The position numbers were made by a program, and so were the translations under genes. A stretch of DNA of 63,566 nt, the filler included, from Choristocarpus tenellus KU-1152 (taxonomy: Eukaryota; Protista; Phaeophyceae), in assembly GCA_964200185.2 (NCBI GenBank). It is 13 parts of 13 records of this genome, joined end to end, with 100 filler letters (N's around TTAATTAATTAA, not from the genome) between each part and the next. Parts side by side here need not be neighbours in the genome. Positions count along the whole stretch, not along the records: positions 19,075 to 25,313 come from CAXNAD020008595.1; positions 25,414 to 32,627 come from CAXNAD020006523.1; positions 32,728 to 40,017 come from CAXNAD020006396.1; 10 more parts are not named here. One strand, written 5' to 3'. Of this stretch, positions 24,701 to 37,100 are shown piece by piece; position 1 is the stretch's first letter; the number at the start of each line of letters is the position of its first letter. The notes below the pieces were generated by a model. The model was given only the letters and a program-made list of their open reading frames with translations, searched no databases and was not told where the DNA came from.

Positions 24701-24983
24701 TGCTCTGCCTGCCCTTGTGTCCGCATCTTTCAATCTCACGCCCATTCCCTGCCCTCACACAGACACTACTCTTAGGCAACGACCACAGCAAAAATAATTG
24801 GGTAGGTGTTCAAAGGAAAATATAAAGACAAGCACCATCTCACAATTCAACAACTACATACTGTACAAGGAGCCCAGCAGGGGCCAACATTGGCAGCACA
24901 CCAGTGCACACCCATGCATGAAACAAACATAACCAGCAGGGGAAAGATGCATTGCATTCCCCAAAAACTATGTAGCACACACA

Positions 24984-25022
<39 letters not shown>

Positions 25023-25448
25023 ACACACACACAATCACGCACACGGGCCTATTCCTCTTTGATGTGAAAATTAGTCAACAATAATCCTGACTTCCCATTT
25101 CCATCAAACTCTTCCAACAAAATCTTAACACACTTGGGTGACCCACTCAAGCACAGCTACAAAAAATACCCCCCTCCCAAAAAATAACTTGCACACAAAT
25201 TGCATGCATGAAACATCACCATGCAGTCCCCTCCGCCCCCGCAGCTACCCCTGCATGACCCCGATGCCTTTGCCTATGTTCATTTAACGGTGGGGTCTGC
25301 ACCTCACTCTTACNNNNNNNNNNNNNNNNNNNNNNNNNNNNNNNNNNNNNNNNNNNNTTAATTAATTAANNNNNNNNNNNNNNNNNNNNNNNNNNNNNNN
25401 NNNNNNNNNNNNNAACACACGCACCCGGAAAAAAAGGCCCCCAAAGCG

Positions 25449-25479
<31 letters not shown>

Positions 25480-27299
25480 AGATACTTTGAGCCAGCACAT
25501 GATGACATTTCCTGATCCACCATGAGCTCCATATTTGACACAGTACGAACGTTTTCTTCAAGGCATCAGTGTTGAGATTTGATACTGTCTCTGTGCCTAT
25601 CGACCAACATGCAAACTATCAATCACTGCAGTTATAAGACTGACAAAGGGGACAACGACACCACCATAGACTAGAATTTTTTAGTCCTTAGTCCTAGCAA
25701 TGCCAAAGGTGCTGGATCCATTCTAGATCAGGGTCCCGTGGGGTCTTTGGCCGTTGTACCACACCTAGCTATGAGCATGGTGCCACCGTGCCAAGCCCAG
25801 GGGTTGGACCCAAATAACACTACCTGGTTCGGGTCTGGGTCTGGATCTCAGCCCACACTGTCAAGCTCTAGTCATATTCAAGCTCCACTTGAGTCATGGA
25901 TATGGGTAATGGTCTGGGTTTGTAGATCAGATAATCTACTATGAGACCAGTGAACTTACAATTCAAAAGACCTGCACAAACCCTGAATAACAGTCATTGC
26001 AACCAAACTCAATGGTCAAAGAGCATATATGCCCCCAGTCACCAGTAGTAAAACCTGGTTAGTGTGAGTACCCTTCAACAACACAATTGATATGTCAAAC
26101 ACTCAACAGCACTCAACAAAGTAACAGTAGTGAAGAAGGATCTATCAGGGCGATCCTTGTGGACAGGGGAGCTCAACTATGTGCTACAGAAATGTATATC
26201 ATTCAACCCTTAGGTCCAAGATGGGGCCATAAATGCATGCTTGGACAGTATCAAATCCACCCATCTTTGTAAATTTCTCTTAAATCAAACATGTCCAACC
26301 CTGCCATAAACACTTGAACCACCATGAGACCTTTTCGTGTGATTTTATTTTTGTGTTCCATCCACATATTTTACCCTCCTTAACAATTAGAATGGTTACA
26401 CCAAAACTTGAAGTATGCATCTTATTCTTTATGTTGAACCAATCGGAATTCTTTCAGTGTAATACAATCACGACCAAAGATTTTTTGGGGTAGTGTGCCA
26501 ATGAACTCATGTGGATGTCAATAGCTGTGCTCAATCTACCTTGACATTATGTTAGACTATGGAAGGACTGGTCTTGGTTTGGATTTAGAAAAACGATCTA
26601 CTTCAATCTCTTGAACAAATCGTTAATTTTAACTCAATCCCTACCTGGTATGTGTATCATTCTGGAAAATACACTTGGTCCATCAACAATGGATGGATGG
26701 AGGCAAGGCCTATTGTCATAGAACACATGGGTGTGTGTGTGGATCAGGTTATCAAGATTCAACCCCTGATTCGTATGCCTGGGGCTGTGGGCAGTGGAGG
26801 GAGGATTGGAAACGATATTCATCCTATCCCTTCAAGTGTTGGCATGAGTGGAACCTCAATCTCAGGAGGCCAGGCAAGCAACGAATGGAAGGGCGTAGGC
26901 CAATAGGTTCTTTCTTCAACATTCTGAAGTCGCAAAGTGCAGATATCGCATGTGCTAATTGTTTCTGAACCAATATATACCCCAAAAATAGATTTTGTGA
27001 CTGTGGTGTACTAAGACAATACATTATATAGTACACATGATGGGGAACCCATTACGTTGATTGAGGACAAGGTGAGGCTACTACTCCCTGAAAGCAGTAG
27101 AGACTCCTCTCTCAACACACTGAAGCCAAGTCGGGAGTAGGAGCTGCATGCATAATATTCTCTTTCCGCATTCCATTACAATCTATAAAAAGTGTATGTT
27201 ACTAATTATCTGCTACCCTACAAGCTGCCTGCCAAAAACTGCGCCCCCCACCGTTCGCCTTGGTTCCCTTATTGTGACATTCTAGAGTCAGGAGGCCTG

Positions 27300-28500
27300 C
27301 ATCAAGTTGAGAGCAACAAGGAAATATGCACAGATGGTGAAACAGCATAAGGAGATACTGCAAGTTGCATCCAGGCAAGTCATGACTCATGAATACACCA
27401 AGATTGCAATTGAGTCCATGATGTTGAGCTCATTTTCAGAGTAAGCACAAACATCGGAAAAGTGGGTGCTACTGCCGGGGTAATGAGTGTTCCGACGATC
27501 ATACTTCAACCTTATTGTAGAGTTGGTGGGCGCCACACTTTCTATTCTTTCATGCTCAGATTTTAATGTGGGACAGATAGAGAATTTCAAGTGACAATAG
27601 TCGACTTTTGATTTCTAGAATATGCCTGAAACGTGTTGTGCCCTTTTAAAATCGATTGTTTTTGTGTAGCCAAGCTATCTTTCAACATGTGACTAAAAGG
27701 TTTTAAGCCATACTTTCCCCTCTTAATCAAAGCGTACACTATCTTGACCGTGTCCAAACCTTGAACTGCCAAAAAAAAAAAAATCGAAACATTTCTTCAA
27801 TTGGTACTTCATCACTTGGCATCTATGCTGCATCGGCTGCCACATACCATACCTGCATTGGCAGGTTCGAACGTTTGGTCACCATCATCCAGCACAAACA
27901 AGAGGAGGGTGTGAATCAGCGAATGGCCGCTCTGGGGTTGCTCTAGAAGTTTGCAATATAGGTAGGCAGCAAGTAGCAAATCAAGAGATATGCGGTCTCG
28001 GCAGTTGGGTTAATTGCTGCCTCTAAGAGACTTTGCAACAGGAATACCTTAGCAAAAAATGAGACCTGATACCATACAATACATGGGTATTGCATGCACA
28101 TTTGATAAAATGTATGTAACCCTTCGAAGCATACTGTTGGATAAGGGTGTGAAGGGTTATCGGAAGGTTTGTGTGATTATACGGAAGTTGTAAAGAGACC
28201 AGATTTTGTAACAGCCTCAGAGGTATCTGACCTTCACATACTACATACAGTGAAAGAGAGGCAAGACTACTGAGAATGAACATAGAAATCAGCACTTAAC
28301 CAGATTGTTTACCATACACCCTCATCTGGGATACTTTCGTAGCGCGGATGACACTGTGTATTTCCAACTTCAGGCCATGATTTTCCCTATCATGCGTAAC
28401 ACATCATACAGACCCAAACTCTGCCACCCTGTCCAACTCATCCCCGGGCCTCCATAAGTATTACCAACACCTCTGCAGTTGAATGATCGCATAGTGTTGA
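27300..28500 (-). pseudogene. Possible highly degenerate piggyBac-like transposase remnant
   Basis: Across frames and in the expected order, WQSLGLYDVLRMIG, YKIWSLYN, SKGYIHFIK...YGIRSHFL and LDATCSI loosely resemble piggyBac DDE_Tnp_1_7 blocks. There are many stops and the resemblance is by eye only. Confidence 0.25.
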
Positions 28501-30385
28501 CCAACTAAAGTACAAGCAGAAATTCATGGCTTCTAAAGGACTACTTCAACACCTGTATGCAAAAGAGAGCTATTCTAATAGTCTTTGCATGGTGTGGTAT
28601 GGATGTATTTATTAGCGGAGTGAGCACACTATCCCTCGAGGTGGGGGGGTGCTCTCCCTTATTATGCATTGCACACGTCAGCAGACACATCAGATTGTGC
28701 CTATGTCAGTCGCACTACGTCAGTCATCATACGTCAGTGATCATACGTCAGGTACATATATTAAACAGAAACAAGAAGTCAATTCACCGAGACTAGAACA
28801 TGTTACTCTAAGCACACGGAAACACGTCCTTGATACTTACTTCACTCAGCCAATACTTCTGCTGTATAGTGCTGGTCAATAAACACATAAGATCCTATAG
28901 ACCACCTAGCCTATATTGCACAACCTGCACTAACCCGAGAAAACTCCTAATGTGTCTTCAGAGTAGAAGCACCCTACCTTGTTTTTTTCCCCTCACCCAC
29001 CACATCTCGAGAGGCTCCATCCACTTATCTACCCTACAAGAACGGTTCAGGGTGGCAAAGGAGTCTTTCTGCCAACAATAGTATTCAGATACAACACCTC
29101 TCTAGAATCAGCAAAGGGTTAGGGCATTTCTTCGTTCCTCTGCCATGCAGACACAACGACATAAGCATGTGATCATTACAATATCTGGCTATAAATTATA
29201 CTCCTTTTCTTCGGGAGAGGAGATGTGTCATGCATGCATCACTTGCCATTTTGGCAGGTGAAAACTGGTGAAAAATGGAATTTTGGCAAGGCCCACACTC
29301 AATCCCAAAATATTAAGTCCTGGTAGTGCCCCTTTGAGTACCCAAGAAAGCAGTTGGTTGGCTGTGGTAGATTCAGAAGAGAAAGAAGCATCATTGAGTA
29401 ATTTATAATGTTCATCCACAATTCCCTGAGCAAGGTGGGACACAATACCACACACAGCACACCTACTGCCTATCTTTTCCATCATATGGGGCCAGCCATG
29501 CAAAAATGAGTCATCACCCACACATAAGAAAAAAAAAAGCAAAGCCTACGCAACACAACATGGACGTAAGGCTCACACCCTCACACATACAAACACAAGA
29601 CCTCCAGAGTTGTGCTTTGAAGTTGTACAAGTCCTTCAAAGTTCTCCAGAGTACACAGTACAAAAATTAATGACACCCTCCATGGTTCGACATAAGGAGT
29701 CCTTCATAGTCTGGACTACTTCACAGTTCAAAAGTAGAATAGCAACACTTGAATACATCCATGTCACCACTGGATGTCCACTCAATAATGAGCAACTATA
29801 TTTTACTACTGGTAAGAGAGGGTACTCAAATAATGCAGAAGCCAAAAGCCCCAGGAGACGACCAACTTCAGATCCTGTTGACACTTGACTCCTGAGAGGA
29901 TACAATGGCCCCCTCATACTCATATCTATGCAATACAGCTACATACACAAGACTCTGTCAGTCAACATTCTTACATAAGGACACTGGAGATACACCCAAG
30001 TACTTCTGGTGTATAGACCCTTTTTAGAGTACAAAGGTGTACAAAGTACCTGATTTCTTACACTCGCCACCCTTCCAAAATCGGACCCCGGAGCATCTGA
30101 GCATGCCAAGAGGCAGAGATGAAGCTCATCAGACAAGACAACCTCCTCATCATCACAACATTCCCCTTTGCCTTAACCATGGCATTCAGCCCATCCACTC
30201 ATTCCCTCAACTTTTCCTCACTCTTGACCATCCTCCAACTCAAATACACCAAATCCCCTCTTGCAACCTCAACCCAGTAGTAAGCCTTTCAGAAAGTAAA
30301 TTTCGTGACCTTCCCGAAGCTGCTTCTCACTCTACAGGTAGTCCAATCACACCCACTCCCCATTTCTCCTCATACCTCGGCGGTA

Positions 30386-31968
30386 CTAATCCCTAACTCC
30401 CGTCTCAACTAGAGACCCTGTGAGCCCTGCCATTCTCCTGGACAACCTCCCTTCCCTCAATCCCATACCGGAGCGATGGCTATGCTGTTGAGAGAGTTGG
30501 TCTTGCCGTTGCAGACGGTGCCGTCGTCTCAATCGAGCCAATAACATCGTCACCACCACGGCAACTAGACTACACATCAGCGGCAGACTGGCCTCCTGCA
30601 GAGGAGCTGAGACCTCCATAGCTAGTATGGCGAGGTATGCTGGGGGTGATCTGGACTCCAGGTAGAACGCTCTTGCCATAGTACGGTTGGGTGGGCCTAC
30701 CCCTAACCCAAACTGGAAAATATGGGAGGAGGGGGGATTGGAGGCAGTTGGCATGTTTGGTGGGCACTCAGGTGAAGGATGGGAGGGGATTGAGGGACGA
30801 GAAAAGTGATTGAGGTGAGAAAGGGAAGGAGTCCAAAGCAGAAAGTGAACAGAGGACAAAAGGGGGAGGACAGAGAGAGGTGACCAAAGGGGGGGGGGGG
30901 GGGGAGGGGGATAACCAGGGGAAAGAAGGGGGAGGGAAAAGGGAAAAGGAAAAGGGGNNNNNNNNNNGAAAGAGAGGAAAGAGAGGGGGGGGGGGGAGGG
31001 GGGGGGGGGGGGGGGGGAGGGGGGGGGGGGGGGGGGGGGGGGGAAGGGGATATACCAGGTGAAAGCAGGAGGAAGGATAATGGAACAAGGAACAGTGGAG
31101 GAAAGGGTGCGGCTAAGGAGGAGAACCATTAAGGCTTGAAGGTCAACTACAATAGGCAAACGGGCTGCTAAAAAGTGGTGAGGGCATTAGACCTTGAGTT
31201 GCCAAGTATGCTGCAGACCCTGTGCTGGCCTTCTTAGTGTTCTATGATGTCTTGTGCTGACCGTTTTCTTGCACAGAAACGAGAACATGACAAGCGCCCA
31301 TGTACTGTGTACTTCCAGCAGTCAGAGCATTTCAAAGTACTGCACAGAGCGACATACAACACAATTCACTCAAATGCCTACAGGTTACACTTACAGGTTA
31401 CACTCAAATGCCTACAGGTTACACTTACAGGCTACACTCAAATGCCTACAGGTTACACTTACAGGCTACACTCAAATGCCTACAGGTTACCCCTCGCTCT
31501 CTCTCCCCCCTTTAACACTTATCCTTATCCACTCCCTGCCCTTCAGTGTAGGATCTCCTACATCACACATCATCACAGATCAACTGTAGTACCTGGTGCA
31601 ACCACCCCATGCTGAATTTTGCCCGCGAGCTATATTCCTTTCCATTAGCTGCCTTCCGGTACAATTGAACTGCCTCATCAAGACTTGAGAATGTCTTATC
31701 CCCACCTCCAACCTTGTCTGCACTTCCAACTCCAGTGGTAATCCCAGCCTCCACCTGCGATGATACCTTGACCTTAGCCGAAGGCCCATTGTCACCAATC
31801 ACTTTTGCAGTCATGACTTCGGGCCAATTCTCCACTCTGGGCTGTGGTTTTGGCCAGCCAGGGATCCAGGCCCAGCCATCTGATGTCATCCACTTGGGCC
31901 ATCCAACATTACGTGGCACTATGCCCTGTTCTTTGGCCATGGCATAGAGCTCATCTGCCAGATCACAT
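30386..31968 (-). CDS. Sel1-repeat protein with C-terminal transmembrane helix (SEL1L/Hrd3-like), last two exons
   Basis: Exons 31968-31593 and 30712-30386 (stop) join in phase 0 to give EAVQLYRKAA...AKFSMGWLHQ|FGLGVGPPNRTMARAFY...PAYLAILAME, followed by hydrophobic LMCSLVAVVVTMLLA and basic RLRRRHR. This is the layout of the SEL1L/Hrd3 C-terminus. Confidence 0.75.
31367..31490. repeat. Intronic minisatellite, 34-bp unit x ~3.6
   Basis: Unit cactcaaatgcctacaggttacacttacagg(t/c)ta starts at 31367, 31401, 31435 and 31469. Confidence 0.95.
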
Positions 31969-34900
31969 CTGAGAAGGGTGAAGAATACAACGTACGGTAC
32001 ATAATGCGTATTAGTACTTGGCCTTCTATTGCTTTGAGAGGCTGCATCATTGTGCCAAACCACCAGTCGCCTCATCAACAATAGACAAGCCACGAAAAAT
32101 ACCCTCCTTACTTCTAAGTTTTCAAAAAAAAGAAGCATGTGAGACATTGCTGTAAAATAAGCTCTAGGCATAGTGATGTAGGGTTCCTCATCAAACAAGA
32201 GCATCTACCTAAGTCTTTTGAAAAAAAACTGTATTCAATGCAATCTCTGAACCACCTTCTTCCCCTTGCACTTGAAGTATACCTTCTACCACCCCCTTGA
32301 CCTAAGGACTCGGACTACACAGTGATCCAAAGGTTTACCACTGGGGACATTGAAATGCGGAGATGGTCAAACACTTACACAGGACTTGTGCAATATAGGC
32401 TGATAGTCTATATGGTTTATACGGGTTTAGTGAACACCACTAGACAACAGGAATGTTGGCTAAGTGGAACAAGTGTCATTGACTTGTGATTGTGTGCGTA
32501 AAGTAATGAGGTCGAATCTCAGATGATTGGTTTCTTATTGCTTGATATAAATGGACTGATGGAGGAGTTCTTACATAGTACTAGCTACACAGGATAAGTG
32601 ACATAGTACGATGTAACAACAGGACACNNNNNNNNNNNNNNNNNNNNNNNNNNNNNNNNNNNNNNNNNNNNTTAATTAATTAANNNNNNNNNNNNNNNNN
32701 NNNNNNNNNNNNNNNNNNNNNNNNNNNCCCCAGATACTTTGACTCACCTAAACACCGATGGTGGTATGTATTCAATAGTCCACAACATAATCGGTTTCTT
32801 TTTTTAACAGTTGGTCAGTCACATACTCTTCCGCCGATGCTGATAATTTTTTGTTGGGTATACTGTCAAGTGTAAGAAAATTATCCAAAGGTATTTCATG
32901 TGTTGTGCTGTGCAGGACCTGCGTTGGTTGGCTTGGAACATATGACTGTTGTAATTTGTGTGCTCAGTTGTGATTGTCTCATAGGGACTAGGATGTTCAG
33001 TGCATCTACTTTTTCTTGTAGTCTTTTACTCTTGACCTTGATATTCGTATGACCAACAGGTCTCGTTGAGAAAACAGACAATATAGCTAAAGCATCTGCT
33101 CCCTGCATTTGATGTGTTTATGCCCATCTATCCTGTGATTCCTTTGACAATTTCCGCGAGGATTAGCTTAGGACCATTTGCCATTCAGAAATTCTCCTTG
33201 ATCTTGTTGAGTACAGTGTGTGACATACCCGATGCACTTCCTGTGGTGTTTGAAGTGGTCAATACAACGCGATTGCTGCACTTGTGACACCTTTACCAGA
33301 GAGGTGTAGAGCAATGGCATCATCGTTATTGTTGATAATAGTATCAATGGACTTGTAAGATCGTAAGTGTGAACGCCATCCTGTTGAATGTGGTGAGATA
33401 ACTTGGCTGTTCTGTCTTGTCCAACATCCCCTTTTTTTTTAATATAATGTACACTGTCGCTGATTTTTTTTTTGTGACTCCTTAGTGGTAAGAGTAGCAA
33501 GCGGTTTTGGCTCAGCTGTGCTTCTACGGGTCTTGGCTTGGAAGTTGGGCATTAGGCTGCCTACCTGGAGAGAACCGCCTGCAGAAGCAGATGCAGAAGA
33601 GGCGAAATAGAGTGATCAGACTTGAAGGAGCGAGTTCTGCATGGTTGGTGGTGGTGGTAGTGGCGACTTCGTCCTCTTGACTTGTTCTGGGTAACTTGAT
33701 CGAACAAGTTTATTTTGTGCCTCATTCAGGAAGGATCTGATGAGATGATGTGCACATAGCAAACGAAGGAACTGAAAGACTACCTTTTTATTTTCCGAGG
33801 TGTTGAGGAGGAAAACATGAAATGCAAAACTTGGAGATGACCAAAATCACCGCCTTTTATGTCGACAACTTAGCGGGGTTTAGTGGACTGTGTTGTTCAT
33901 GAACTTGGTGTCTGTGGTATGAGATACAGCCCATGGTAGTGGAGTGATAAAGTACTACCAAAGAGGGGATATTAAAGATTTCGAAGGTTTATACAACTGC
34001 CCTGTGGTATGTGTGTTTTGAACAATGTGTTCATTTTGATCTTCTCCTCAACAGCTGCACCCTCCTAGGGTGTGTTAACTGTATGTCAGGCATTGGTGTG
34101 GTGCATTTCACAGTAGGTTCAGAGTCTTGAAACTAATGAGGGCCAATATCGATCCCCATCTTTTATGGTTTCACTCAGGAGGCGTGTAGTATCTTTTAGA
34201 CCAGTGATAGGCCCAGAGAGTGAAGACATGCATAGTGTGCATCAGTGTGTATATTTGGACTGGGTGGCAAGGGCTTGGGAATGGCTGTGGTGGGAAGCAG
34301 AAACGCTCTAGCGTTTGGTTTTTGGTAAAGTAGAGCTCTAAAGTGAGAATGAAGATGAGATGCCAAGAGATTTTACATTGCTTTGAATGGTTTGGGGAGT
34401 GATTTTATGTATGGGCTAGGGAGGGGCATGGTTCTGCTTGTTGAAAGAAACTGTTACCTTTTATTTGTAAGTCTCTCTTTTCTTGTTAGCTTGTCACTTG
34501 CCATTTGCACATGATCAGAGTTTGTTGTTTGGAAGACCAGGGTAAAGCCTGATTGCTCTTTATTTGCTGTACAGTGCTGTGCTCTATGTACTTGCGTCCA
34601 AATTTGCCATGATTCCCCATATTGGTCAAGAACCCCTGGTTTTGAGAGGGGGGGGCCAAGTCTTGACTAGGTGGGAACTCGAGTGGCGGAACTCCAGTGG
34701 TAAGTAGTAGAGGTTGAATGTAGGTTGAAATAGCATAGTCAGGGTTGTTTTGTTAGGGATTAGTCTTGCTTTAGAGCCGGTATATGTTTGTTTGGTTGGT
34801 TCATTTGTAGGTACTATTCGGGTGAGAGAGGCCCCCACAATGTGCAGGGGAAGTGCATGATACTTCGATTTTATTTTTTATATTATAGTTTTTCATCTAG

Positions 34901-37100
34901 GGAGGTTTATGTTGTTTTTTTTGGGGGGGGCATTGTTGTTCTTGCAAGTAATTGTGTTAAATAGTGTTGGGGTAAGGCAACATGAAGCATCTTTTTGCAG
35001 GCTGAAGTTGATAAACTGGATTCATCAAGTGCACTTTCATTCTGTATGGTTGGGTGATTGATTGGCAGGAGTCTTACATTTTTGTGGGGGAGTGTGTGTT
35101 AAATGTGGAATATAAGTTTCGTTGAGTCTTGATCAGTCGCACTTGTTTTTTATTGGACAAGAGGAGTTGCACGCAAAACCCCCCAGAAACTTAACCAACC
35201 TATCCCATCAACCCATACTTCCCAATAAGTCTATTTTTACTTAATTCCTCCTTGCCTTTCCGTTGAGCATTATTGAGGATAAACAACTCAAATTGGTTAC
35301 GTGGGATGTAAATCATGACGAGGAAAAAAAGAAAGTAAAATTAACCCTGTAGGGAAATGTTATCTGTACCTGCAATGAGGATGGGTTTCCACCATTGCAA
35401 TCATAAGAAGCGACAAGACTTAATAATCATACCCTAATACAGGCTCTACTTAAATATCGGAGTTGTTGACCCATTTGTCATCCAAAATAACTTCAAAACC
35501 ATACGTGTACAATGAAAACTGGACATATATTTCAAGTAGTACGTACCCTCTTCATTTGCTTTGGTTCAACACACTTGAAGTATTTCATCTGAGGGATCAA
35601 CAACTAACTAACTAACCATCACTCCTGTCTGGAATAAAAAATGTACGGCAAAACACTCAGGATGCTCAGATTGATGTACAGTATGTGGGGGAAGACCTGG
35701 GAGGCCTGTACCCTCCCCAGATTGTTGTGTGCTTCAACATAGTATAGTACCACCCACAGGAGGGCCGATGCTACACTGGAGGAAACTATTTTCTGCGAAT
35801 ATATACACCAGGGCGACTCTCGCACATGCTGGCAGTATGCGTAAAAACACATACATCTGGATTCTGGAATTGCGCGTGGGGAAGGCCTCCTGCTCTCCTC
35901 TCTGGGAAAATACACATATATATATGGCAAAAAAATATTTCATGTGTATATTCCTAAGTACTAGAAAATAGTCTTCCCCATTAAATACCTTCTTTCGAAT
36001 GTAACCCTGGTCCAGAAAATACTCGTTAAGTAGCTCATAGAACCCTTATCATTACTTACCACATCGCCAGTATATTGATGGCCCTGCAATGCTCCAGTCA
36101 AATTCCTTCTAAACCTTCTAAACCCCCCTTGCTTCTGGCATTGAACACTTTTTTCGAAACAATACAGCAGCCCTTCAACCCAAGCACATTGTGAGGGAAA
36201 GTCTAGCTTTCTTCCATTGTGGATGGAACAACTGTTTGAGTTTGTTGTGATTATGTGCACTACCTAGCCTCACAAATCTAGTGCAATTCCTGGACTCAAA
36301 GAATTCATCTCTGCACGTCCAAGAACCTTGATGACCCCTTGGTGATTTCTCTCTTAAGAACTCTTGCAGGAACTATACCCTGTTAAATTTTCATCTTGAT
36401 TGTAAGCAGATGCTATTTCATCATCCGCTGTATTTCCACCTATGGTATTATGTTGGCCTAGGAGGACCATTCCCAAGTACTACTTGAAGTACGTTAGAAA
36501 CAGGAGAACAAATCATCACTCAATTCATAAACAAGCATGGCAAAATAAAAGCGATTGGAATCAAAGCAACTTTACGCAATCCAACACACTAAACGAATTC
36601 AATGAGAAGATATCTGAAAAAAACCAACACACACACAACAGAGACAACGTGTGGTTTTGGAGTCGACAGAAATGAAAAAATCAAAACAAAGGTCTAAGAG
36701 GAGGGGAGCATACGCTAAAGAGAGTTCCACCATCACTTAAGCATACCACTGCAACCCTCAACCCTCAACAAGTTGTATCACTTTATTAATTACGTGCAGA
36801 GGTGGATGAGGTGAGTGTTTTGTAAATGAAGGTGAAACCTCCATGCCCTCGATGACACCCTTGCCACCATCCAACACAATGGTGATGGACCTGACCTCTT
36901 ACAGTGCCTTTTCACCCATGGGGAGTATGCTGCTATACTCATCAGAGCAATACATTGAGCAGTTCTTCCCACTCAACCCACGACTAACTGTAGAGGCTTC
37001 TACTCCCTCACGAACACGTAACCTCCAAAGATACAAGGGCAGTAGTCATCTCTTGATGCGACCAGCCTCCCCACATTCTAAAACCTTGAACAAAATGGAC

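Noticed and set aside
30768-31159. Poly-Pro or poly-Gly ORFs
   Set aside because: They derive from low-quality G homopolymers around a 10-N gap within an intron.
31367-31490. CRISPR-like array
   Set aside because: Head-to-tail units with no unique spacers, no cas genes, and located in a eukaryotic intron.
35200-35950. hAT transposase remnant (W.ST..I-like and LHW-like peptides)
   Set aside because: The similarity is too weak and fragmented to support without an HMM search.
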